DNA of 48,685 nucleotides, from positions 1-48,685 of the forward strand of contig CAJNYD010000476.1 of assembly GCA_905331295.1 (NCBI GenBank), in the 5' to 3' direction. The stretch's first letter is position 1. Every line of letters begins with the position of its first letter. Under the pieces are notes generated by a model, which saw only the letters and a list, made by a program, of their open reading frames with translations, was not told the origin of the DNA and ran no database searches. Shown here in pieces: positions 1-10,337 of this stretch. The position numbers and the translations under genes are program-made. The stretch comes from Rotaria socialis (taxonomy: Eukaryota).

Positions 1-1233
1 CCTAGCTTAAAATCCTGGTTACGCCGCTAATTATAACGAGTCCAAAGGCATATTTATTTGACTGGTAATAACAGTTACATTGTACTTCATATTTTAATTC
101 CTCAAGACTTACACTAACAGATTCTTTTCGCAGCTAAAAATAGTTCTTTTTGAGAATGAACAAAATGCGTCATTAACTATTTTCTATTTGTGATAAGACG
201 CAGGCTGCAATGAAGATCGTACATAATAAATCATATATATGCTTATATTGCAGAATAAGTATTTTTTGACATTACTTTGGAAAATCGTAGCCGATTTTGA
301 ACTCCTTATTCTTTATTTATATACTTGTCAAATTGTGCACGGAAGCAACATGATTATTAACCTAGTACCACTGTACTTCCGCTGTGGGATATCATGGCAT
401 CATTTTAGGTTGATACCGTCATTGTCTTTCATCTTGTTTCAATATTAGGGAACTGTAATTATTAGTTGTGCATGCTTCTTGCTGATAATTGGTAAATCAT
501 AGAAAAAATGAAACGTAAATGGTTTAACAATACATTATCTATTCATTTAAGACCACTGATCTTTGTAAAAATATTCAAAGGTCTTTCGAGAAATATTTTG
601 AGCCACAATTGGCTAAATTTTTTTCATTTACAATTCGATTAGCTTTACCTTCAGTAGACAACTTGGAAATATGGATTTGGAAATTTCAATAATCTGTAGA
701 TCTTTTGATAAACTGAAACACCACTGAATGACGCTTACATTTAGATATGTTATTAGGCAGCAGCGTAGCAACCAACAGCTAGTCATTTACATCTACAAAC
801 ATAGTTGATGAGGAGCCAAGACAAATGTTTCATTTAAGTGCGCTAAATGCTTGTCTGCTTCGAAAGTAGAAAGGAGAATCAGAAACTAGTTTTCAATATG
901 CGTTATCGTATCTCTATAAGAAATATACACAAAATTTTAATACTGATAATTATTGTTAAAATGACAACTAACACAGTATGTCCGAGCACAAGAGCGTGAA
1001 CATTGAGTCAATCAACATGATATGCTTCTTTTGTATTTCTTGACAAGAATTAAAACAGACACTAACGGTTTAGAATGGGCTATGATTCTGTCAAGTAATG
1101 CCAATCAAAAACTTTTTCTAGGATGCAAATGGGGCATGTCACACACTGCAGTATCTTCTTATCGTCAATAAAAAGCAGAGGTAGCATCGCATAAATAAAT
1201 TTTCTATCTTTAAAAAAACAAAGACAGACGAAA

Positions 1234-2247
1234 ATGTGTTTTCATTATGCCGGACATACAGCTTCTCGTGATCATTCAATATATCAATATTTATATCGTT
1301 TTTTTGCTGCTAGCATCGGTACGATAGGTAACGTACTCCATATCATTACGTTTATTTGTTTGAAAAAGTATCACATCATTCCAAGTTCAATATTTCTGAC
1401 TGGAGCATCTCTTGCTGAACAACTAACTATTATTGGCCTTCTTTTTCTACAATCAATTGGCTATGCAACGGGTCATGATCCTTGAGTCATGCCATCTCTA
1501 CTTTGCAAAATAAGTTCAGTTCTCTATACTGGTGGCGGTGTATTTGCTCTTGTATGTTTATATTTGGCCGCAATTGATCGCTACTTACAAACATGTCCCT
1601 CAGCTGTTAAACGGCAATGGATGACATTGGAGAGGGCTTTATTACTACTTTGTATTTTTGCATTCCTCTCTATTAATTTGGGCCTTCCTTTTGGTATATT
1701 TCGGGACGTAATACCTAGCATTGAACAGTGTGACGTTGTCAATGCTAAATTTGCTCGCCTTTCTTTCTATTTTTATGCAATTATAGGTATAGTATCAGCA
1801 GGTGCACTGTTAGTTGTTTTCGGCTATCTCACTTGACGCAATGTTCAACAGACTCAGCAACGTCAAACTACAGGTCAAACCTCTAATAATATTGCTCATC
1901 AAGTTGCTTGAATGATTTTGATTCAAATAATCTCTATTGTCATCTCCGTCGTGCCAAGTGCAGGCTTCAACCTCTATGTTCTGCTCTTCAATAGAGATCC
2001 GTTTTCGTACACGAGCGCAGAGCTATTGGTGCTTTATATCGGAGAAATTACGGCCTATGCAGACTCTTGTATTTCATTCTACGCATATCTGATTGTCTCA
2101 CCAGCGTTTCGACGCAGTGTTGCAAAAATGTCAGGTATTAAGATGGGACGTACAAACCCTGTTATTCAGTTGACAGATTGTGTAGGTGTAATACAGCATT
2201 GTTTTAAACCAAAAATGAGTAGGTTGGACGATTATGACTACAAATGA
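1234..2247 (+). pseudogene. Rhodopsin-like (class A) 7TM GPCR, intronless, with three in-frame TGA codons
   Basis: ORFs 1234-1485, 1489-1836 and 1912-2247 share one frame and are separated only by TGA at 1483-85, 1834-36 and 1909-11. Read through, they show TM1 GTIGN, TM3 C...AAIDRY, hydrophobic TM4-6 and TM7 SFYAYLIVSPAFRR. Confidence 0.8.
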
Positions 2248-3078
2248 TAATCTCATCAAAGCACATACTCCAATCATCAACTCATTGAGTACAAGCATGC
2301 CCCGATAGTGTCATGCATTGGTAAAGAAACAGTACCGAATTCTAGGTTCGGAGGAACACCTTTTCTCTGAACTTCAAAATGTATTTGCATTCGTGCTTCT
2401 CAGTTCTTCTAGGTATATGTTTTTCAATTGATTTAGAACATAAAACTCATCTTTATAATGACAATAGTGCGATTACTTCTGATCAATCGTCAAAAGATAT
2501 AAGGGCTTTTTTAGAACATCAATCATGAGCAAAAATAAAAATCAAGAAAATATGCGTAAGAACACAAGTTAAAAGATATTAACATAGACGAGCGCACACC
2601 GTCCAATTTCACGTGCATCCATTAAATTCTGAATCTGTCGCTATATGGAATCAAACATAGTCATTCGTTTTACTTCGTTGTTATTAAGATTATGTTTGTA
2701 AGTTTAAGAAGAGGTTGTTCGAAAAGGCAATATCAATATCAGGCAATTACTTCTGATATAATCAATGTAAATAGAAAATAAATAGGTGAAGCTAGATCAG
2801 CACGATAATTTATCAATTTTCTTAACGGTTCATTGCCAGTAAGATCAGTTGCAACACGCAAATGGATCAGATAAACTAAATAACTCAGTTTTGAGAATGA
2901 TATTAATCGATTTACATATTTACTGTAATACACTAATATTTTGACTACTACCGTAGTGTACAAAAACATACTAACAATACTGGTGGATCCGATACATTCT
3001 TGTTTCGACTTAAACGAATTATTGTAAATACGAGCAAGCAACGCGATGTAAGCATCGCTAATCCTCTACTGAAATGGA

Positions 3079-3330
3079 TATGGGTGTCAGCAATCATATT
3101 CCATTTAATTTCACACTCACACCTACACCCTATATATGGGGTGTGTGGGTGTGAGTATGGGAAGAAGAGTAACATCCGCGCCACACCCACACTTTTCCTT
3201 GTACTTCCATGTGCTTCTATCGTACTTGAAAAACGTTTTGAAACAGATGAATTCGTGCTTTCCCCCCTTGATTGTGAGTGCGGGTCTGACTAAAAAGAAG
3301 AAAAAGATCCGCACACATACTAACATCCAC
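3079..3330. repeat. Cluster of alternating G-rich/C-rich telomere-like tracts (TGTGGG/CCCACA-like)
   Basis: tcacactcacacctacaccc-tatatat-ggggtgtgtgggtgtgag, then ccacacccacac, tgtgagtgcggg and ccgcacacatac; these can form nested hairpins. Confidence 0.7.
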
Positions 3331-3935
3331 TGGATAAAGATTCAGCCAGAATTAGGTATTTTTTCCTGATAAAATGCTTTCATTAGAGTTTTCATAAATT
3401 GAAAGTTAGAAAATTGAACAGTAGATAATATCATCTAGTATAACGCCACCTGGATTGAGATGGAGCGTGGTTCGTTAAGATATCAATAATTAGTGATTTA
3501 TTTCTTTTTTCAATGCTGAAGTGTGAATAATTTGGTACTTTTATTTCTTCTTTATTACATTTGCACGTAATTATAGAATAAAGAAGTTTGTTTTTCCAAC
3601 TTACCATTTTTTTTAATCAAAATGCGCAATAATCGATGCTTCTATATAGTATCACGTAATACTAATAGAATCAATATTTGCAACTGTTCTTTCTCTCACT
3701 TAAATGATGGTTTCGTCATTCTTCTTCGTTTGTGCGACTCAAAATAGCATACTCTCAGTGCTTGTGTAAAACCCCCTGCGACGCAATTACAAATCGATCA
3801 GCACTTTTTATCACGAATACATACTTGTGTACGGTGTGCGAGACAAGCAGTAATAGTGTTCCGAATTCTAAGGTATTTTTCTTCATTTTGTACAAGTAAT
3901 AGTAAGACTAAAGCACGTAAAATCATCGATGACTC

Positions 3936-4020
3936 AAGAGTCAAATTCATATTTGATTAGCATAGTATAAAGAGTCAAATTCATATTTGATTAACATAGT
4001 ATAAAGAGTCAAATTTATAT
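3936..4020 (+). repeat. Tandem repeat, 34-bp unit x2.5
   Basis: aagagtcaaattcatatttgatta(g/a)catagtata starts at 3936, 3970 and 4004 (last copy partial). Confidence 0.9.
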
Positions 4021-4026
4021 ATGTGG

Positions 4027-4353
4027 CAGTAGAGTTTAGAATCTAGTTGAGATTGGAATTGTTCATTATTCTATAAATGTTATGAGAGAGTGATTCATAG
4101 AAATAAAATTTTATTAGTGAGTGATATCAGATAGTTTGNTTAAAAAAGATATCTAAATTATGATCAATTAGAAAATAGTGTACTAAATCTAACTCGTAGA
4201 AAAAAATTTCCATATCGCTCATATAATTTTATTTGCATTTTGATTTTCAAAACTGTTTTCTTCTGTTCTTTTTTTCGCCCTCTTTTGTGTCTATTTTCCC
4301 TATCTTTAATTAAATCTATTATTCCAATCTCAACTAAATTCTCATGTCAACTG
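4027..4353. mobile_element. MITE-like element with ~33-bp imperfect TIRs (CAGT ends, Tc1/mariner-like)
   Basis: Left end cagtagagtttagaatctagttgagattggaat; reverse complement of right end cagttgacatgagaatttagttgagattggaat. TA follows the right end; no ORF inside. Confidence 0.65.
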
Positions 4354-5814
4354 TAATATATATATCTTATGAGTTCTCTATTACATAATGTGATCTAGGT
4401 ATTTTAATTAATTACACGGAATAATGTTGAACATTTGATTGCTCAATAATTATTGTCTTATCTAACTTCAGTTATTAAAAGAACAACGATCCAATCATCA
4501 TTGGTATAAGTGCTGGACTCCTGAGAATGTCCCACATCGCAAAATCATTCTGTGTAATTTCTTCAAGTGAGTATGATCTTCGAACATCAATCATAGTAAA
4601 TACAAAGGTAATTTTAAACTGGATTGCAAACAGAATTGTAATAAGAATAACAATTTTTGGCTAAATCGCTAGAAAACATTGTAATATTTAACCCTAATGC
4701 GAAAAATGATTGTTGAAGGATATCGTGTTATAAATAAAATAAAACTATCCTATGCTGAACTATCCCACAAAAACACGTAGGATATTTTACAAGTTCTTCT
4801 AACAGCTTTATAGACTGGAGGATAAGTCGAAAAAAATCAATAAATCACCACATCTCCAGCCGTGACAGAATTCATCACAGATAGAATACAAAAATGTTAT
4901 TTAATCATTAAACTATGATACTACGCTTATACTCTTCGTTATATAGTGTTAGCTCTTCTTCCAGGTCAAAATTTTGCTCTTACAGCAAAATTTTGTTCCA
5001 TCCTATTATTCATAGTACATATATATATACTTATTCTTCTGTTTTTATCCAAAATTCTTCTTAGACTTTTTTAAATGTGGAATTTCGACGGTGTTCTGAT
5101 TTATCAGCGAAATCGTACCATATTAGATGCAATAAATCTCATCCTATTTCAAACAAAACTCACCGAGGAATGTTTTTTTAAGAACAATTTAAATTATTTT
5201 CTGTTGTTCATAGAGCTATGTGTTTGATCCTATGGTAGTTTATTATCTCAAAGAGAATTGCCTATGTGAAAATTCTTTTTTTTTGCTGATGTTTCCTTTT
5301 GAATGCATATTATTTTGTTTTAAATGTTCATGGCGGATGAATGAAAAGTTGGTACGAATCGAACAAAGAATATACGAAATTAATTCAATTAGTTTTAGAC
5401 ATAATATTGCGTATTTTAGTATCCCAATCGGGGATGTCTTTAGATGAATTGATTTGTTCGAAATTTGATAAACGAGTCGTATTTCCGTCTACAGAAATCT
5501 CTTTATTTAGTTGAGAACTCGATGAATGTTGATATGTATTATCAGCGAAGTGGCAAAGAGAGGCCCTATCAAAGTTCGGAATTACAGAAGCCTATTAAAA
5601 ATTAGAACTAACAAAATAACTACTGGCTACATTAAAGACAAACGATGCTGATCTTCTGATAATTGATAGATTTTTTAAATCGAGCAAAATCAGCATGAAT
5701 AGTGGTGCATGTAATTACTTATCATAGTTGCTGGAAAAATAATAAAAGTACTTATTAGTAACTTTTTTGCATCAAAAGTTTTACACGGGTTGTAGCAAGA
5801 CTAGAATATGATTA

Positions 5815-8307
5815 GTGACTCTAGTGTGCTTCTTTGGTGTGAAGGTTACAAATCGGAAATGTTATTTTTTGCTTTTCCGCTTAGGAAACAATAGATTTAC
5901 TGAACGTAATCGATGCCCAGTAGATATTGAAAAAAATTTAGAATATATAACATTGATTTGGCTAGATGAAAATATTGATGACTCGCATGAAAGTGTGCAA
6001 ACGCAAAGATTACTGCATAAAATGAATAATTACGTGCTACTGTATACAGATCCACATTTATGTATTGACTATATAAAAACAATTGTTGATGAAAATATTA
6101 TCCTTATTATTTGTGCATCACTACATAAACTAGTTTTACCTATCATCCACTCATTAAACACTGTTTGTGCAATTTTTCTAACCTGTAATGATCGTTTACA
6201 GCTTACTTCTGCGTGCAGTGAATACCCAAAAGTTGTTGCAATTTGTACAGATCAACAACAGTTGATAAAATCAATCCATGGCACTATTCAGTCGATGTCA
6301 AATCAAACGATGTCATTCACTTTGTTTGACAGTAGCAAGCAAAATTCAACACGAGATTCGGCATCGATTTTATGGTATCGTTTACTAATTGATATACTGA
6401 AAATTTTGCCACACACTGATCAGTCTAAGAATGAAATGCTTGATAAATGCGCTGAATTCTATCGCTTCAATGAAGTTGAATTACAAAAAATCGAGACGTT
6501 TCGTACATCCTATACGGCAAGTAAAGCCATCGAATGGTATACTTCCGAATGTTTTTTATATAAACTGTTAAATAAAGCACTACGTACAGAAGATATTGAC
6601 TTATTATATATATTCCGTTTTTATATTATCGACTTATACTCTCAGTTGGAACTGGAACATCATAAGCAATTTCGCATTAATAATAATTGGGATAAATTGA
6701 TCGTATATCGTGGGCAATTAATTTCAAAAGATGAGTTTAAAAGAATGAAAGAAAATCTTGGTATGCGAATATCAATAAATAGTTTCATGTCGACATCCGA
6801 AGATATCAATGTTGCATTAGCATTTATTGCTGGTATTCAAGATAGTAACAACTGGTATCCGATTTTATGCGAAATTGTAGTCGATTATAAATTAAAGAAT
6901 GCAATCTTCGCTGATATTAGTAAATTAAGTGTAATGAAACATGAAAAAGAAATTTTATTCGGTCTGGGCACAGTATGTAGAATTATATCTGTTATCTATG
7001 ATGAAGCATTAAATTTATGGAAAATGATAATGGAAGTAACAGATGATGATCTTAATAATGTTGAAGATTTCGTTAACTTGAAAAAGAATGAAATGCAATC
7101 TTACAGTTCAACTATAGTGTTTGGTCGTCTTCTATTTTTTGAGTTGGGGCAAACTGAAAAGGCTCAGAACTATTTCCAAAAGTTATTAAATACCTTACCA
7201 GATGATCACGAAGATATTTCATCAGTTTATCATAATCTTGGTAATATATTTCGCCAGAAAAAAGAGTTTAATTTAGCCTTGAATTATTATGTGACAGCTT
7301 ATAATTTGCGACAAAAGCGTTTTTGTCGAAATCATACTCATATAGCATCATCTTTACGCAACATTGGCCTTACTTATCAGGCAAAAAAGGACTATGATCA
7401 TGCATTGGATTATCTGACAGATGCATTAACAATTGAACAAACAGTGAATTCCGACGATCACGAAAATATAGCTGTCACTATGGAACACATAGGAAATGTC
7501 TATAGAAGTAAAAAAGAATATCAACTAGCATTAACATTTTTGCTAAATGCATACGATATGTATCATCGGATTTTGCCTGGTCAACATCCTGATATTGCAT
7601 GGGCCGCAGGAAATATCGGTGTTATTTTTGAAGAGCAAGGAGATTATGATCGCGCGCTTCATTATTATTATCATGCGTGGGATATTGATGAAAAGATTTT
7701 AAACAGTGACCATCAAGATTTGACAATAGATTTCAATCGCATTGTTACCTGTCTTGTAAAGAAGCTTGATTATACGACTGCTCTGACTTTTTGCAACCAA
7801 AAGTTGACTGATCAAAACTTAAAGCTGCCAGAGAATCATCCAAGAAATGGTTATACTATGAAAACTATTGGATGTTTATTTAGACACAAGAAAGATTTTA
7901 ATCAAGCATTGCATTGGTATCAAAAATCTTTGTATCTATTCCAGCGATGTTTACCACAAGAGCAAGAGCCAATAATTGAATGTCTTATTGTAATCAGTCA
8001 GTTATACTATGAATATAATGTGTTTCATGATGCACTGGAAACTCGACAAAGAGCTCTATCTCTACAATCAAAACTTTATACATCTGATCATATTGATATT
8101 GCGTCATCCTTATTATTTATCGGCCAATTGTACAGGCATACCAAAAATTATGATCAAGCACTTGTTTGTTTCAATCAATGTTTGAAAATCTATCAAGCCA
8201 ATTACGGAGAAGAACATGTAGATATCACACATGTACGGAACGAGATTGAATTGACGGCAAACCAAATGAATGAAGAGACAATAGTCGGCGACGGAGTTCC
8301 TCTGTGA
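5815..8307 (+). CDS. ART (R-S-E clade mono-ADP-ribosyltransferase) domain + kinesin-light-chain-like TPR repeat protein; true 5' end uncertain
   Basis: WYT..FLYKLLNKALR helix; catalytic motifs VYRGQ (~6703), FMSTS (~6784) and EKEILF (~6943); then about 9 TPR repeats (e.g. SVYHNLGNIFRQKKEFNLALNYY). The ORF opens at GTG, and a plausible acceptor (cttag, 5880-84) suggests an upstream exon. Confidence 0.88.
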   Translation: MTLVCFFGVKVTNRKCYFLLFRLGNNRFTERNRCPVDIEKNLEYITLIWLDENIDDSHESVQTQRLLHKMNNYVLLYTDPHLCIDYIKTIVDENIILIICASLHKLVLPIIHSLNTVCAIFLTCNDRLQLTSACSEYPKVVAICTDQQQLIKSIHGTIQSMSNQTMSFTLFDSSKQNSTRDSASILWYRLLIDILKILPHTDQSKNEMLDKCAEFYRFNEVELQKIETFRTSYTASKAIEWYTSECFLYKLLNKALRTEDIDLLYIFRFYIIDLYSQLELEHHKQFRINNNWDKLIVYRGQLISKDEFKRMKENLGMRISINSFMSTSEDINVALAFIAGIQDSNNWYPILCEIVVDYKLKNAIFADISKLSVMKHEKEILFGLGTVCRIISVIYDEALNLWKMIMEVTDDDLNNVEDFVNLKKNEMQSYSSTIVFGRLLFFELGQTEKAQNYFQKLLNTLPDDHEDISSVYHNLGNIFRQKKEFNLALNYYVTAYNLRQKRFCRNHTHIASSLRNIGLTYQAKKDYDHALDYLTDALTIEQTVNSDDHENIAVTMEHIGNVYRSKKEYQLALTFLLNAYDMYHRILPGQHPDIAWAAGNIGVIFEEQGDYDRALHYYYHAWDIDEKILNSDHQDLTIDFNRIVTCLVKKLDYTTALTFCNQKLTDQNLKLPENHPRNGYTMKTIGCLFRHKKDFNQALHWYQKSLYLFQRCLPQEQEPIIECLIVISQLYYEYNVFHDALETRQRALSLQSKLYTSDHIDIASSLLFIGQLYRHTKNYDQALVCFNQCLKIYQANYGEEHVDITHVRNEIELTANQMNEETIVGDGVPL

Positions 8308-8583
8308 CTATATACACTATTGGAGGTGGCTGTGCATTTTTATTATTTCAAATTACTGACAATGGAAGGTTGCTACCTGTTGAGCGAAAAGTTTAAACAT
8401 ATTCGGGCCAAAAGAAAGCTTTCAACAAGATACTACCGAATTTAAGGGTATGGGTGTGGGTGAGTTTTCTTTTCATTGGCACCTATACTCTTAAGGTTGA
8501 GAGTATCATATTGATTTGTCTTTTATGAAACACGATCTGAAAGGAGTGTTGAAGTATATAGAGTAGAAATCCGCACCCCCCCC

Positions 8584-8742
8584 CACAGACCGGCACAGGA
8601 AAATTAATTAAATAATTTCTCTGTCACGGTCTGTGATGGTCTCTGAAATCTCTGTAACTGCCTGTGATGGTTTGTGAATTCTCTGTTACAGTCTGTGATG
8701 GTCTCTACTGATTCCATAGATCAAAATACAGACCGCGACCGA
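8584..8742. repeat. 31-bp tandem repeat x3 flanked by inverted partial copies (possible MITE relic)
   Basis: tctctgt.ac.g.ctgtgatggt units start at 8618, 8649 and 8680; inverted cacagaccggcacag at 8584 and acagaccgcgac at 8728. Confidence 0.7.
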
Positions 8743-9728
8743 AAGGTTGCAAAAGCTACAAAGACTTGCAGGTCGTGGTAGACAGGTTTCCGCAAAGGAG
8801 TTCCATCGTGTTTCACATTATAATCCCACAGGGATTGCGCTAACAGCTTTTTCATTAGACGATAGATTGATATGTTTTTGAATTGATTTACGTACATTCA
8901 CACCCTCAAATAGGAGTCTCACACAAAACAAACACTATTATATCACTGTTCATAGAATAGCACACACACTTAGTATGATCCATGAGATATTCTATGGCAC
9001 TTCATGGGTATAAATTAAAGATGTGAAACAAAGGAACCGATGAATTGCTGCAAACAACATTAGCACAAAAAGCAATAAGCATAACTGTGGCAATTGGCAC
9101 ATCTTCAAATATGTATTGGTTCAAAATGTTTGCGAACCAATCAATAGTCTAGTTGGTAAGATGAAATACCGATATCATGATAGCTTAAGGCATCCACGCC
9201 TACACCCCTGTACAATATTAATCATGACTTTTTTGGTGTGTTTTCATTTCAGCTATTTCAATATTCTGATTTTCGATATACAGTAGATAATTAACGGCCC
9301 ATTTAGTTACATTTTCATTTGATGAAATGCGGACAAAAAATTTGAAATAGCAAGTTTATTTAGATATTGCAGTTATCAGGAGGAAAAAACAGCTCTAAAG
9401 GTTTACGTAAAATTTGTATCGCTAAAAAAACATTAAAATGTATCATAAAGTGCTTCCAAGAAATAGCTGTTTTCAAGGAAAAATCTCGTTGACAAAAAAA
9501 GCACTGATAAACACAGTAAATCAAAGAATATAAATGTATATGAAAAAACACTTTCAAAAGTTGTTTTCAAACAGCATTTTTACTTGAAAAATCCCGTAGT
9601 AACTAAAAATGGTCAATTTCAGCGCGCTACATGTACAAAATCAGACGTTTGGGTGCGTTAGAGAGAGAAAATGATGCGTTAAAACGGCAAAATCTCGTTT
9701 TCTTTTAAAAGTTTGTGTTGAAAGCTGT

Positions 9729-10337
9729 TCAACGCCTTCTATTTTCTTGGTTAAATACAATATTTCCATGTTGATTCCATAATAACTTCAGCTGCTTATT
9801 GATCTTATCTAATTGCTCTCGAATGCTAGTTAAATGACCACTACCACCGGTTGTGATTAGCTCAGAGAGCTGGCGCAATGCTGCTTGAATTTTCACGAAA
9901 TTTTCCTGAAATTTACTAAGTTCTCGTTGTGCGCTATCACTGCCACCAAATAGTTCATATTTTCTCACGGCAATCAGCATGTCTTTGTTTAATCTTTGAA
10001 GATCTTGATAGTTCGTGCACGAATAATTAATTTTATCATTGAATACATCAGAAATTTCCTGAATATCAATTTTACCTCGCCAGTCATTAAGGAATTGATT
10101 GTAATATTTATGAGTGTTCTGTTCCTGAACAAAAAGTGCTCCATTCGAATGTGTAATATGATAAGTTACTAAATTCATTGTCGATCTGCTGTTTTCGTTT
10201 GATTGTGCCATGCTATAATGGTTTGTATTTAGTTGTGGTGTCATATCATTGTTTGTGTTTAGTTGTGCTATGATATCGTTGTTTGTCTGAGCTAACTTTT
10301 CAATCGTTTCGAGTGGAGACACTATTCTAACAGCCAT
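9729..10337 (-). CDS. Hypothetical 202-aa protein with N-terminal 10-aa repeats and a helical/coiled-coil C-terminus
   Basis: Intact ATG-TGA ORF of 609 nt in AT-rich DNA; repeats TNNDIIAQLN/TNNDMTPQLN/TNHYSMAQSN; no family recognised. Confidence 0.65.
   Translation of the reverse strand: MAVRIVSPLETIEKLAQTNNDIIAQLNTNNDMTPQLNTNHYSMAQSNENSRSTMNLVTYHITHSNGALFVQEQNTHKYYNQFLNDWRGKIDIQEISDVFNDKINYSCTNYQDLQRLNKDMLIAVRKYELFGGSDSAQRELSKFQENFVKIQAALRQLSELITTGGSGHLTSIREQLDKINKQLKLLWNQHGNIVFNQENRRR

Noticed and set aside
2739..3369. Five overlapping short ORFs
   Set aside because: They result from the stop-poor GT/AC-rich repeat cluster and show no protein motifs.
3936..4020. 34-bp direct repeats as a CRISPR array
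   Set aside because: Units are contiguous with no unique spacers, there are no cas genes, and the context is eukaryotic.
8618..8710. 31-bp repeats as a CRISPR or iteron array
   Set aside because: Degenerate head-to-tail minisatellite without spacers.
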